A DNA stretch of 64,000 nt from Alphaproteobacteria bacterium (GCA_963665325.3 CAXXWS020000002.1:352001-416000), one strand, 5' to 3'; counted from the first letter of the stretch, positions 1-9,062 are shown. Notes: a model not told the origin generated them from the sequence alone. Made by a program: numbers and translations.

Positions 1-958
1 CGACGCGGCCGAATTCTTGAACCGCATCTACACCAATGGCTGGAAGACGCTGGACATCGGGCGCTGCCGCTACGGATTGATGCTGGGCGAGGACGGCATG
101 GTGTTCGACGACGGCGTCACCACCCGAACCGGCGAGCACCGCTACCTGATGACCACGACCAGCGGCAATGCCGCTGCCGTTCTGGAATGGCTTGAGGAGT
201 GGCTACAGACCGAGTGGCCGGAACTCAGGGTCTATTGCACCTCGGTGACCGAACAATGGGGCACGATCACAGTATCGGGGCCCCATGCGCGGGCGTTGCT
301 GGAACCGCTGGTCTCGGACATCGACCTGGACCCCGCAGCCTTCCCCTTCCTGTCGATGCGCGAGTGCCGGATCGGCGGGGTGCCGGGCCGCATTTTCCGC
401 ATCGCTTTCACCGGCGAACTTTCCTACGAGGTGAACATGCCTTGGCGCCGGTGCCTGCCGGCCTGGGAAAGCCTGATCGAGGCCGGCGCCGTGCCCTACG
501 GCACGGAGGCGATGCATGTGTTGCGGGCCGAAAAGGGTTTCATCGTGGTCGGCCATGAGACCGACGGCACGGTGACGCCTCTCGATCTCGGCATGGAGCG
601 CATGGTCTCCTCGCGGAAGGACTTTATCGGCCGCCGCTCCCTCGCCCGCCCGGACAGCCGGAGGCCGGACCGCAAGCAACTGGTCGGGCTGCTGCCGGAC
701 GACCCTGCGGAGGTGGTTCAGGAGGGCGCCCAGATCGTCGAGGCGCCGCGCGGAACCCCTCCCGTGCCGATGCTGGGCCATGTGACCTCCAGCTACTGGA
801 GCGCGGCGATGGGGCGCGGCTTTGCGCTCGCGCTGGTCAAGGGCGGGCGGTCGCGCCACGGCGACTGGGTCTGGGCCTCGGCAACGACCGGGGACAGTCG
901 TGTGCGGATTGTCGATCCGGTCTTCTACGACCGCGAGGGGGCGCGGCTCGATGGCTGA
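1..958 (+). CDS. soxA: Sarcosine oxidase subunit alpha family, C-terminal GcvT-like part (5' truncated by window)
   Basis: GRCRYGLMLGEDGMVFDDG, FTGELSYE, PYGTEAMHVLRAEKG, GHVTSSY; overlaps downstream soxG-like gene. Confidence 0.9.
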   Translation, partial: DAAEFLNRIYTNGWKTLDIGRCRYGLMLGEDGMVFDDGVTTRTGEHRYLMTTTSGNAAAVLEWLEEWLQTEWPELRVYCTSVTEQWGTITVSGPHARALLEPLVSDIDLDPAAFPFLSMRECRIGGVPGRIFRIAFTGELSYEVNMPWRRCLPAWESLIEAGAVPYGTEAMHVLRAEKGFIVVGHETDGTVTPLDLGMERMVSSRKDFIGRRSLARPDSRRPDRKQLVGLLPDDPAEVVQEGAQIVEAPRGTPPVPMLGHVTSSYWSAAMGRGFALALVKGGRSRHGDWVWASATTGDSRVRIVDPVFYDREGARLDG

Positions 959-1439
959 GGTCCGCGAGATCGAGGGCCTTCGCCTGACCGTATTGCGGGG
1001 CGGCGGCGCCGGATTTCATGCTGCCGTCGCCGGCGTGGTCGGCTTCGAGCTGCCCGAAACGCCCAATACGGCGGCAGGCGGGGCCTTGTGGCTGGGACCC
1101 GACGAGTGGCTGGTCGTATCCGGCGCGGACATTGCCGGCCCCCTGGAAGAAGCCCTTGCTGGACAGCACTTCGCTGTCGTCGATGTGAGCGAGGCGCGCG
1201 CGGTCCTGGAGCTGTCCGGCCCCGGCGCGATGGAAGTCCTGGCTTCCGGCTGCCGGCTCGACCTCGAAACGCTTCGGCCCGGCTCCTGCGCGCAAACGGC
1301 GCTGGCGCGCGCCAATGCGGTGCTGGAACCCCGCGAGCGCGGCGTCTGGCGCCTCTTCGTCAGCCGGTCCTACGCCGTCTATATGCGGGCGTGGATCGAG
1401 GATGCGATTGCGTTGCGGTCTATCCCCGCGTCTCCCTGA
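951..1439 (+). CDS. soxG: Sarcosine oxidase subunit gamma family
   Basis: ALWLGPDEWL, VVDVS, CAQT, VSRSYA motifs; ATG at 951 overlaps soxA end. Confidence 0.85.
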   Translation: MAEVREIEGLRLTVLRGGGAGFHAAVAGVVGFELPETPNTAAGGALWLGPDEWLVVSGADIAGPLEEALAGQHFAVVDVSEARAVLELSGPGAMEVLASGCRLDLETLRPGSCAQTALARANAVLEPRERGVWRLFVSRSYAVYMRAWIEDAIALRSIPASP

Positions 1440-2631
1440 TCCAGCCGTTCTCGAAGACCGGCCCGTCGCAGCCGCAGAAGCGGGCGATGCGGTCGAGTTC
1501 GCTTCCGATGCGCCCCAGCCGTCCCTTGCCGAGGCGCACCCCTGCCTCCGGCCAAAGCGCCGTGACGCGCAATTGTCCGTTCCGGCGCCGCATGTCGATG
1601 CGGCCGATAAGCCGGTCGCCCTCCAGCAGCGGGAAGACGTAGTAGCCGTATTCGCGGTTCTTCTCCGGCACGAAGATTTCGATGCGGTAGCGAAACCCGA
1701 ACAGCCACTCCGCCCGCTTGCGGTCGCGCAGCAGGGGGTCGAAGGGGCTCAGCACGCGCACGCCCCCCGGCTGGTCGGAGGCCCGTTCCGCCTGTTCGCA
1801 TATGTCCGGCCGGGCGAGCAGCCGGCGGGTCCGGCCCGGCCCGGCGCCTTCCACCTCGACCTCGACGAGCGCGCCGGGCCCTTGCGCGGCGCACCATGCG
1901 TCCGCCTCCGACGGCGAGGCCGTGTCCCAGAACGCCGCTATTTCCCGGGGCGAGGCGAATCCCAGCCGGTCGAGCGCGCCGGCGCATGCCCAGTCGAGCG
2001 TTTCCTCATCGCCCGGCGCCATGCTTCGGTAGGCGTCGGGCACCACCTGTTCGGCAAGGTCAAAGACTTTCTGAAACCGTTCGCGGCGCGTTATCGCCAG
2101 AGAACCGGTACGCCAGAGAAACTCCAGCGCCGTCTTGGAGGGGTGCCAGTCCCACCAGCCAGGCGCCGTCGGGCGGGCGCCGTCCCGGAGTTCGCGGGCC
2201 ATGACGGGCCCGTGCTCCCGAATCCGTTCGAGCACATCGTCGAACCGCTCCTCGAACCCCGCGCGCCGCCAGCTGCGCCAGCGCGCCCGCAACAATTCGG
2301 CGTCGCGGCGGAAGCGAAGCTGCCAGAAGGGATAGAACGACATCGGAATGACCGAGGCATCGTGCGTCCAGTGCTCGAACAGGGTCCGCCGTTTCTCCAG
2401 GAGGTCGGCAAGCTGGCCCGGACGGTAACTCCGGCGCCGGGAAGCCAGGATCATGTGGTGGGCGCGCTCCACCGTGGCAATGCTGTCCACCTGGACGAAG
2501 CCGAGGCGCTCGATCAGCCCGCCCAGGTCCTCCTGCGGCGGCGGGCGTCCGAGCCCGTGCCGGTCCAGGAACAGCCTCCGTGCCGCCCGGTTGGAGAGGC
2601 GGAGCGGCGCGCTGCCGGTGTCGTTACCCAT
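1420..2631 (-). CDS. Winged-helix / crosslink-repair DNA glycosylase YcaQ (AlkZ-like) family
   Basis: FVQVDSIATVERAH, LFEHWTHDAS, LSPFDPLLRDR, YRIEIFVP..R.YGYYV. Confidence 0.85.
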   Translation of the reverse strand: MGNDTGSAPLRLSNRAARRLFLDRHGLGRPPPQEDLGGLIERLGFVQVDSIATVERAHHMILASRRRSYRPGQLADLLEKRRTLFEHWTHDASVIPMSFYPFWQLRFRRDAELLRARWRSWRRAGFEERFDDVLERIREHGPVMARELRDGARPTAPGWWDWHPSKTALEFLWRTGSLAITRRERFQKVFDLAEQVVPDAYRSMAPGDEETLDWACAGALDRLGFASPREIAAFWDTASPSEADAWCAAQGPGALVEVEVEGAGPGRTRRLLARPDICEQAERASDQPGGVRVLSPFDPLLRDRKRAEWLFGFRYRIEIFVPEKNREYGYYVFPLLEGDRLIGRIDMRRRNGQLRVTALWPEAGVRLGKGRLGRIGSELDRIARFCGCDGPVFENGWIRETRG

Positions 2632-2650
2632 CTGTCCGGTCCCCTACGCA

Positions 2651-2675
2651 GAAAAGGCGGCCCGGGAAGCCGCCT
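2651..2675 (-). terminator. Putative intrinsic terminator hairpin upstream of the ycaQ-like gene
   Basis: Minus strand AGGCGGC-TTCCCGG-GCCGCCT followed by TTTC. Confidence 0.45.
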
Positions 2676-2844
2676 CTCCTCTACTTCCAACATACCACGC
2701 CTTCGCCCATGTCGCGTCCCCGGCAGGCCGCAACCGACGCAGGGAATCCGCCCGGACGCCGTACCGCCGTGAGTTCTCCTCACTTGTTGGCTGCGAGGAC
2801 GGAGCCTAGATTGATCCGTTCCGGGACGAAAGGAGAGGCGCGCC

Positions 2845-3582
2845 ATGCCGGTCGCCATCGTTACCGGCGCCGGAACGGGCGTCGGGCAAGCCGCTGCCGA
2901 AGCCCTGCTGGGCGCAGGCTATGAGGTGGCACTCGCCGGGCGGCGAACGGAGCCGCTGGAAGAGGTCGCCGCGCGCTGGCCGGAGAGCACGCTGGTGCGA
3001 TCGACCGATGTCGGCGACGAGGCCCAGGTAAAGGCGCTGTTCGATGCGACGGTCGCCCGGTTCGGCCGTATCGATCTCCTGTTTAACAATGCAGGCTCGG
3101 GCGCGCCTCCTGTGCCGCTGGAGGAGTTGACGCTCGCGCAGTGGCAGGCGGTGGTCGATGCCAATCTCACCGGTAGCTTCCTGTGCACGAGAGAGGCCTT
3201 CCGTGCGATGAAGGCGCAGGACCCGTCCGGCGGGCGGATCATCAATAACGGGTCGATCTCGGCCCATGTGCCGCGCCCCAACTCGGCGCCCTATACTTCG
3301 ACCAAACACGGTGTCACCGGGCTCACCCGCTCCACCATCCTCGACGGGCGCGCGCACGGCATTACCTGCGGGCAGATCGACATCGGCAATGCCGAGACCC
3401 CGATGACGCAGCGCATGAAAAAGGGCGTGCTGCAGCCCGACGGTTCCACGAAGGTCGAGCCCGTGATGGATGTGCGCCATGTCGCCGACGCCGTGCTCTA
3501 CATGGCCGGCCTGTCGCCGGACGCCAACGTGCCGTTCCTGACCGTAATGGCGAACGGCATGCCCTTTATCGGACGCGGCTAG
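2845..3582 (+). CDS. SDR family oxidoreductase
   Basis: [17 protein letters not shown]; AAAGGAGAG RBS. Confidence 0.9.
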   Translation: MPVAIVTGAGTGVGQAAAEALLGAGYEVALAGRRTEPLEEVAARWPESTLVRSTDVGDEAQVKALFDATVARFGRIDLLFNNAGSGAPPVPLEELTLAQWQAVVDANLTGSFLCTREAFRAMKAQDPSGGRIINNGSISAHVPRPNSAPYTSTKHGVTGLTRSTILDGRAHGITCGQIDIGNAETPMTQRMKKGVLQPDGSTKVEPVMDVRHVADAVLYMAGLSPDANVPFLTVMANGMPFIGRG

Positions 3583-3611
3583 GGCGCTCGCAGCAGCAAC
3601 CGGAGTCGAAC

Positions 3612-4133
3612 ATGATCAGGCGGTGCAAGGCGGACGATTTCGACCGGATTCTCGCGATTATCAACGACGCCGCACAAGCCTATCGCGGCATCATTCCGGA
3701 CGATCGCTGGAAGGACCCGTACATGCCCGCCCGGGAGTTGGCCGACGAGATCGCGGCCGGCATCGAGTTCGACGGATACGAGGCGGAAGGGTCCGGGCTT
3801 GTCGGGGTGATGGGCATCCAGCCCGTCGAGGATGTGACGCTGATCCGCCATGCCTATGTGGCGACGGACCATCGGCGGTCCGGAATCGGATCGGCGCTGC
3901 TCGAAAGCTTGCTAGCGCGCCAGGACCGTCCGGTCCTGATCGGCACCTGGGCTGCCGCCGAATGGGCGATTGCTTTCTATCGCCGGTATGGGTTCGAAAC
4001 GGTTCCGGCGCCGGAAAAGTCGAGGCTGCTGCGACGCTACTGGACCGTTCCCGACCGCCAGATCGAGACCTCGGTAGTCCTCGCGGATGCCCGTTGGAGC
4101 GCCCGGGCGGCGGGTGAGCCAGACCGGAAGTAG
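3612..4133 (+). CDS. GNAT family N-acetyltransferase
   Basis: HRRSGIG acetyl-CoA motif, AIAFYRRYGF. Confidence 0.85.
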   Translation: MIRRCKADDFDRILAIINDAAQAYRGIIPDDRWKDPYMPARELADEIAAGIEFDGYEAEGSGLVGVMGIQPVEDVTLIRHAYVATDHRRSGIGSALLESLLARQDRPVLIGTWAAAEWAIAFYRRYGFETVPAPEKSRLLRRYWTVPDRQIETSVVLADARWSARAAGEPDRK

Positions 4134-4139
4134 GCTGCG

Positions 4140-4763
4140 ATGGATGCGCGCCGCGCCGCCGCCGTTACCATCGCGGAATACGACCGCATAGCAGAGGCCT
4201 ACCGTCGCGGCACTGCCGATCACGACGTCAGCCAGAACATCGAGGCCCTGCTTGCGTCGATGGAGGGCGGGCCGCCCCATGTCATTCTCGACCTGGGATG
4301 CGGGCCCGGCCGGGACCTGCGCCGGTTCACCGCGCTCGGCCATGAGGCTGTCGGCCTCGACGGCTCGGGCGCGTTCGTCGCCATGGCGCGCGCCGGGACG
4401 GGTTGCGAGGTGCTGCATCAGGACTTCCTTGCGCTCGACCTGCCGCCGGCCCGCTTCGACGGGGTGTTCGCGAACGCCTCGCTGTTCCATGTGCCGGGCA
4501 GCCAGATTGCCCGAGTGCTCCGGGACCTCGCAGCAACCCTCAAGCCCGGCGGCGTGCTTTTCTGCTCGAACCCGCGGGGCCGCAACGAGGAAGGCTGGGT
4601 CGGCGGGCGTTTCGGCTGCTTCCACGAGCTCGAAACGTGGCGTGCCTATGTCGAGGCTGCCGGCTTTCGGGAACTGGACCGCTATTACCGTCCGTCGGGC
4701 CGCCCGCGGGCGCAGCAGCCCTGGCTCGCCACGGTCTGGCGGAAATGCCCGCGACTCCGGTGA
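4140..4763 (+). CDS. Class I SAM-dependent methyltransferase
   Basis: ILDLGCGPG, FDGVFANASLFH. Confidence 0.85.
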   Translation: MDARRAAAVTIAEYDRIAEAYRRGTADHDVSQNIEALLASMEGGPPHVILDLGCGPGRDLRRFTALGHEAVGLDGSGAFVAMARAGTGCEVLHQDFLALDLPPARFDGVFANASLFHVPGSQIARVLRDLAATLKPGGVLFCSNPRGRNEEGWVGGRFGCFHELETWRAYVEAAGFRELDRYYRPSGRPRAQQPWLATVWRKCPRLR

Positions 4764-4773
4764 GAAATGCGGT

Positions 4774-5142
4774 TCAGCCGTCCCGTTCGAACATGCCGAG
4801 ATTGAGATCGAGGCCTGTGCCGAGCCAGAGGGCGCGGTCGCGGTGGTCCAGCAGGTCGTCGCCTGCATTGGGGTGGACGAGCACGACGAGCCCGTCCCGC
4901 TCCAGCGCGAGCCAGGGCACGAGGTCCGGGAACGCTTCCGGCTGGAAGGCGATCTGGAAACTCCACATGGGATGCGGGCCGACCGGGCGCTCGTGGAAGC
5001 GTCCGACCGTCACCCGCTCGCCGAACGCCTCGCCGACGCGCTGCTTCAGGTCCCAGGCGCGCGTCTTGGTCGCCTGGTCGAAATAGACATGGGCGTGCCA
5101 GCTCTCGATGGCCGCGAGGCCTTCCTGCGGGGTTGCGCTCAC
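4774..5142 (-). CDS. DOPA 4,5-dioxygenase family protein
   Basis: WHAHVYF, PVGPHP, VLVHP, DH..RALWLG; GTG start overlaps the aldolase stop. Confidence 0.8.
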   Translation of the reverse strand: MSATPQEGLAAIESWHAHVYFDQATKTRAWDLKQRVGEAFGERVTVGRFHERPVGPHPMWSFQIAFQPEAFPDLVPWLALERDGLVVLVHPNAGDDLLDHRDRALWLGTGLDLNLGMFERDG

Positions 5143-6059
5143 GCCTTGCCCAGATAGATATCGACGATCCGGCCGAGCAGCGACAGCGCATCCTCGCGCG
5201 GGCGCTGGAAGGCGTTGCGTCCGACGATGGAGCCGGTGGCGCCGCCGTCCCGCAACTGCCGGATCTCGTTCAGCAGGCCTTCCGTGTCGCGCGCCTCGCC
5301 GCCCGAGAAGACCACCATGCGCCGCCCGTTGAAACAGGACTGCACGACATGCGCCGTGCGCTCGGCAAGCGTGGCCGCGGGAATCTCGCGCTCCCGATAG
5401 ACCTTGGCCGCCGCATCCAGTTCGAGCGCTTCGGCCGGCGGCTTGACCTTGACGATGTGTGCGCCGAGCAGGCACGCCATGTGCGCGGCATAGGCGCAGA
5501 TATCCACTGCCGTCTCGCCTGCCTTGGAGAGGTCGCCGCCGCGCGGATAGCTCCACATCACCACCGCCAGGCCCGACGCCTTCGCTTCCCTGGCCAGCTC
5601 GCGGATCTCTTCCATCATCTCGAACTGGTCGTCCGAGGCCGGGTAGATCGTGAAGCCGATGGCCGAGCAGCCGAGCCGGAGCGCATCGCCGACCGACGCG
5701 GTAACCGCCTGGTCCTTGAGGCGCGAGAGGCTGTTGGCGCTGTTCATCTTCAGGATGGTCGGGATCTGGCCGGCGTAGCTGTCGGCCCCGGCCTCGATCA
5801 TGCCGAGCGGCGCGGCATAGGCGGACAGTCCGGCCTCGAGCGCGAGATCGAAATGGTAGTGCGGGTCGTAGGCGGGCGGGTTGGGCGCGAAGCTGCGCGC
5901 GGGTCCGTGCTCGAAGCCCTGGTCCACCGGCAGGATGACCAGCCTGCCCGAGCCGCCGAGCCGGCCCTGCATCAGGATTCGCGCCAGGTTCGCCTTGACG
6001 CCGGGGTTCTCGCTCTCATAGCCGGAGAGGATGGTCCTGACGGTGTCTGTGACGCGCAT
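5139..6059 (-). CDS. fbaB: Class I fructose-bisphosphate aldolase (DhnA/FbaB type)
   Basis: ILPVDQGFEHGP, WSYPRG, GAHIVKVK Schiff-base Lys, GRNAFQR. Confidence 0.9.
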   Translation of the reverse strand: MRVTDTVRTILSGYESENPGVKANLARILMQGRLGGSGRLVILPVDQGFEHGPARSFAPNPPAYDPHYHFDLALEAGLSAYAAPLGMIEAGADSYAGQIPTILKMNSANSLSRLKDQAVTASVGDALRLGCSAIGFTIYPASDDQFEMMEEIRELAREAKASGLAVVMWSYPRGGDLSKAGETAVDICAYAAHMACLLGAHIVKVKPPAEALELDAAAKVYREREIPAATLAERTAHVVQSCFNGRRMVVFSGGEARDTEGLLNEIRQLRDGGATGSIVGRNAFQRPREDALSLLGRIVDIYLGKA

Positions 6060-6120
6060 GGGGCGGGCTCCCGGTTCGGCAAGATGGCACGGGTTCGATT
6101 ACGCCGCCCGGCAGGCGATT

Positions 6121-6786
6121 TCAAGACCCGCGGGCGGGACGCCGGAACGCCATTTCCTGCTCGGCGAGGTCGGTCGTGCTGCCGGTCCAGGCATAGACCA
6201 GAAGCGTCGGCTCCAACGCGCATGTGGTGATCTTGTGGTCGAATTCCGGCGTATTCAGGATCAACGAGCCCGGCGTATAGACCGCCACATCGTTCTGCGA
6301 CATGGCGCCGGAGATGCAGATATAGCTTTCCGTCACGCCCCGGTGCGCATGGCTCGGATAGATCGTGCGCGGCGCGAACAGCACGCAGCCGAGCACCAGG
6401 TCGTCGGCCATCACCGGTCCCATCGGTCCCATGAACTCCGCATAGGCGTATTTCTCGCCGAGCTTGCCCGGCATGACGCGGTAGCCGTATCGCCAGACAA
6501 GCTCTCGCGAGACCATCTCGACGCTGCGCACGAGGGCCGAAGGACCGAACCGCTTGCCGTTGTCGAGCGCCCGGCCGAGATGGGCGCAGACCGGCTTCGT
6601 CCGCGGCCGCCGTTCGAGCAGGAACGGGTTCTGCCCCATTGCCCGGTTGAGCCGTTGGCGCACCAGCCGGTGATGCGAGCGGATCGGCCGGCTGCCGCCC
6701 GACGAGCTGTGCCGATAGACCCAGTAGATTTCGTTCAGCAGGTAGCGCCAGTCGGGGCGCTCGTCGAGCGTTGGCGCAAGGGCCAT
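6121..6786 (-). CDS. dddL: DMSP lyase, DddL-type cupin
   Basis: PDWRYLL, GGSRPIRSH, KPVCAHLGRALD, KYAYAEF.GP.GP, YPSHAH...ESY, PGSLILN...H.ITT, LL.YAW match DddL proteins as recalled. Confidence 0.8.
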   Translation of the reverse strand: MALAPTLDERPDWRYLLNEIYWVYRHSSSGGSRPIRSHHRLVRQRLNRAMGQNPFLLERRPRTKPVCAHLGRALDNGKRFGPSALVRSVEMVSRELVWRYGYRVMPGKLGEKYAYAEFMGPMGPVMADDLVLGCVLFAPRTIYPSHAHRGVTESYICISGAMSQNDVAVYTPGSLILNTPEFDHKITTCALEPTLLVYAWTGSTTDLAEQEMAFRRPARGS

Positions 6787-6868
6787 GCCAGTCTCCCCGT
6801 TGCATTTCCGAGAAGCCGTGCCGCCAGCATATACACTTGTATCCTGTCGAATTGCCACCGGCGCGGCA

Positions 6869-6969
6869 GTGGCGGCGTCCTTTGATACGCCTCCCTCCGG
6901 TCGGCTACTCAGGATGAGGGGAGGAGGCGCACGCGGTCGGCTACTTAGAATGAGGGAGGGTGACGCACG
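6869..6969. repeat. Left repeat block: REP-like unit B (minus orientation) plus two 36-bp tandem units
   Basis: 6869-6942 matches 7507-7580 (74 bp, 1 mismatch); 36-bp units start at 6898 and 6934 (second degenerate). Confidence 0.9.
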
Positions 6970-7024
6970 ATTGGATGGCCTTCGTCTCCCCCTTCGTCAC
7001 GCGCAGCGCGGCAAGCCTTTCTGC

Positions 7025-7065
7025 CCCCCTCATCCCGAGTAGCGGCGCCAGCCGCGTATCGAGGG
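7025..7065 (+). repeat. REP-like palindromic unit A, copy 1
   Basis: CCCCCTCATCCCGAGTAGCGGCGCCAGCCGCGTATCGAGGG, identical to 7455-7495; inner hairpin GCGGC-GCCA-GCCGC. Confidence 0.92.
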
Positions 7066-7106
7066 GGCGGCGTTCCGGCTTTGGACTTCCGTGTTATACC
7101 GCCGAC

Positions 7107-7472
7107 ATGCCGCACGAGCCGCCGACCTACGTTTACATGCTGCACTGCGCGGACGGTAGCTTCTACACGGGGACGACGCGGCGGCCCTTGGAGGAGCGTG
7201 TGCGCGAACATGAGAACGGGGCGGTCGAGGGCTATACGCGGAGCCGCCGTCCGGTCGAGCTGGTGTGGTCCCAGGAGTTTCAGTGGGCGGCCGATGCGGT
7301 CGCGATGGAACGGCGGGTCAAGGGCTGGTCGCGGCGCAAGAAGCGCGCACTGGCTGCGGGGGACTGGGAGGCGCTGAAACGGGCCGCGAAGAAGAATTTC
7401 GAGGGCGCCCGGCATCGGTCTTCCTCCCCTCGTCCTGAACGGCGCCAACCGTCGCCCCCTCATCCCGAGTAG
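7107..7472 (+). CDS. Small GIY-YIG nuclease family protein (UPF0213/YhbQ-like)
   Basis: YVYMLHCADGSFYTGTT, ERVREHENG, YTRSRRPVELVW, ERRVKGWSRRKK; stop codon lies inside repeat A copy 2. Confidence 0.9.
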   Translation: MPHEPPTYVYMLHCADGSFYTGTTRRPLEERVREHENGAVEGYTRSRRPVELVWSQEFQWAADAVAMERRVKGWSRRKKRALAAGDWEALKRAAKKNFEGARHRSSSPRPERRQPSPPHPE

Positions 7473-7559
7473 CGGCGCCAGCCGCGTATCGAGGGACGGC
7501 GGGTATGTGGCGGCGTCCTTCGATACGCCTCCCTCCGGTCGGCTACTCAGGATGAGGGG
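7455..7559. repeat. Inverted REP-like doublet (unit A forward at 7455, unit B reverse at 7516-7559)
   Basis: Both units fit consensus CCCTCATCCYGAGTAGC-hairpin-GCGTATCGARGG in opposite orientations. Confidence 0.9.
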
Positions 7560-7700
7560 AGGAGGCGCACGCGGTCGGCTGCTCGGGATGAGGGGAGGAG
7601 GCGCACGCGGTCGGCTGCTCGGGATGAGGGGAGGAGGCGCACGCGGTCGGCTGCTCGGGATGAGGGGAGGAGGCGCATGCGGTCGGCTGCTCGGGATGAG
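7536..7700. repeat. 36-bp tandem repeat, about 4.6 copies
   Basis: Unit CGGTCGGCTGCTCGGGATGAGGGGAGGAGGCGCACG starting at 7536, 7572, 7608, 7644, 7680; no spacers. Confidence 0.95.
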
Positions 7701-7726
7701 AAAAACGCGGCTGCCGGCCTTTCCCC

Positions 7727-8095
7727 TTATCCGGTTCCGCGGTTTCTTTTGACGCGCACCCCGCAGGCGCGGGCGATGTCCTGCAGGCGCCGGAAGCGGT
7801 CGTCGTCGGTTTCCACCGCCGCGTCCAGGCCGTGGCGGAAGGCGGCGAGCGCGAGGCCCGGCCGGTCGGCGCAGTCGAGGCGGCCGCGCAGGGTCTTTCC
7901 GGGAAACCGCTCCGCCGCGAGATCGAGGAGCTTGCGGAAGAAAAGCACTCCCAGGGTGAGCGCTCCGTCCGGCGGGCTGACAAGCAGCACACGGTCGGCC
8001 TCGCATTGCGCCAGCGCCGCCGAGACGGCTTCGAGCGAGGCTGCGTCGGCGATGACCGCCTCGGCGGCCTTGGTCTTGCGATCTTCCGGGGCCAT
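7727..8095 (-). CDS. Conserved hypothetical protein
   Basis: 122-aa ORF with LDCADRPGLALAAFRHG motif and host-like codon usage. Confidence 0.6.
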   Translation of the reverse strand: MAPEDRKTKAAEAVIADAASLEAVSAALAQCEADRVLLVSPPDGALTLGVLFFRKLLDLAAERFPGKTLRGRLDCADRPGLALAAFRHGLDAAVETDDDRFRRLQDIARACGVRVKRNRGTG

Positions 8096-8131
8096 TATCG
8101 GCCCAGCATGGCATGGGGGGCGCGTCGGCGC

Positions 8132-9058
8132 ATGATCCTGATCTGCAAAACCGGCAGCGCCGGCGACGATGCGCTGTGGAAATCGGAATTGCGCCGGCTT
8201 GTGCCGGACCTCGAGATTCGCGTCTGGCCGGACATCGGCGACCCGGCCGAGGTGGAATTCGTCCTGCTGTTTGCGAGCGCGCCCGGCCTGTTCGACGGCA
8301 TGACCGGACTGCGGGCCGTGTTCTCCGCCGGCGCGGGTGTGGACGGCTTCCTCGCCGACCTGCCCGAAGGCGTTCGGGCCGCCCGCCTTGTCGATCCCTG
8401 GATGCATACCGCGATGGCCGCATGGGTGGTCCATGGAGTCCTGCATTTCGCCCGCAACATGCCGGCCTACGCGGCCCTGCAGGCGAGGGGCGTCTGGCGG
8501 GAGCTGTTCGAGGAATATTTCGAGCCGCGCCGCGTCGGCATCCTCGGCTGCGGGGAGATCGGGCGGCGTTCGGGCGGCATTCTCGCCGATCTGGGCTTTC
8601 GCGTCTCGGGCTGGACGCGCGGTCCCCGAGACCTCGGCGGGCTGGAGAACCCTCACGGAGCGCCGGGCCTGGACAGGATGCTGTCCGAAAGCGAGTTCCT
8701 CGTTTGCCTGCTGCCGCTCACGCCGGAGACCGACGGCCTGCTGGACGCGGAACGCCTCTTGCGGCTCCCCGAAGGCGCCTTCGTCGTTAACGCCTCGCGC
8801 GGCAGACTGATCGTGCAGCAGGACCTGCTGGCGGCGTTGGACGCCGGCCGGCTCGGCGGTGCCTTTCTCGATGTGGCGGACCCGGAACCTCTGCCGCCTG
8901 GCGATCCGCTCTGGCGTCATCCGAAGGTGTGCATCACGCCGCATGTCGCGGGCGTCACCAACCCCATAACCGGCGCCGCGCTGGTCGCGGAGAACATCCG
9001 CCGCGCGCGAGCCGGCGAACCCCTTACACACCCCGTCGACCGCAACCGAGGTTATTGA
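8132..9058 (+). CDS. ghrA: D-2-hydroxyacid dehydrogenase, glyoxylate/hydroxypyruvate reductase A-like
   Basis: GAGVD, GILGCGEIG, LLPLTPET, VNASRG, LDVADPEP, ITPHVAG. Confidence 0.8.
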   Translation: MILICKTGSAGDDALWKSELRRLVPDLEIRVWPDIGDPAEVEFVLLFASAPGLFDGMTGLRAVFSAGAGVDGFLADLPEGVRAARLVDPWMHTAMAAWVVHGVLHFARNMPAYAALQARGVWRELFEEYFEPRRVGILGCGEIGRRSGGILADLGFRVSGWTRGPRDLGGLENPHGAPGLDRMLSESEFLVCLLPLTPETDGLLDAERLLRLPEGAFVVNASRGRLIVQQDLLAALDAGRLGGAFLDVADPEPLPPGDPLWRHPKVCITPHVAGVTNPITGAALVAENIRRARAGEPLTHPVDRNRGY

Positions 9059-9062
9059 ACTC

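Noticed and set aside
7536-7700. 36-bp repeats as a CRISPR array
   Set aside because: Units are directly adjacent with no unique spacers, there are no cas genes, and the unit derives from the REP terminus.
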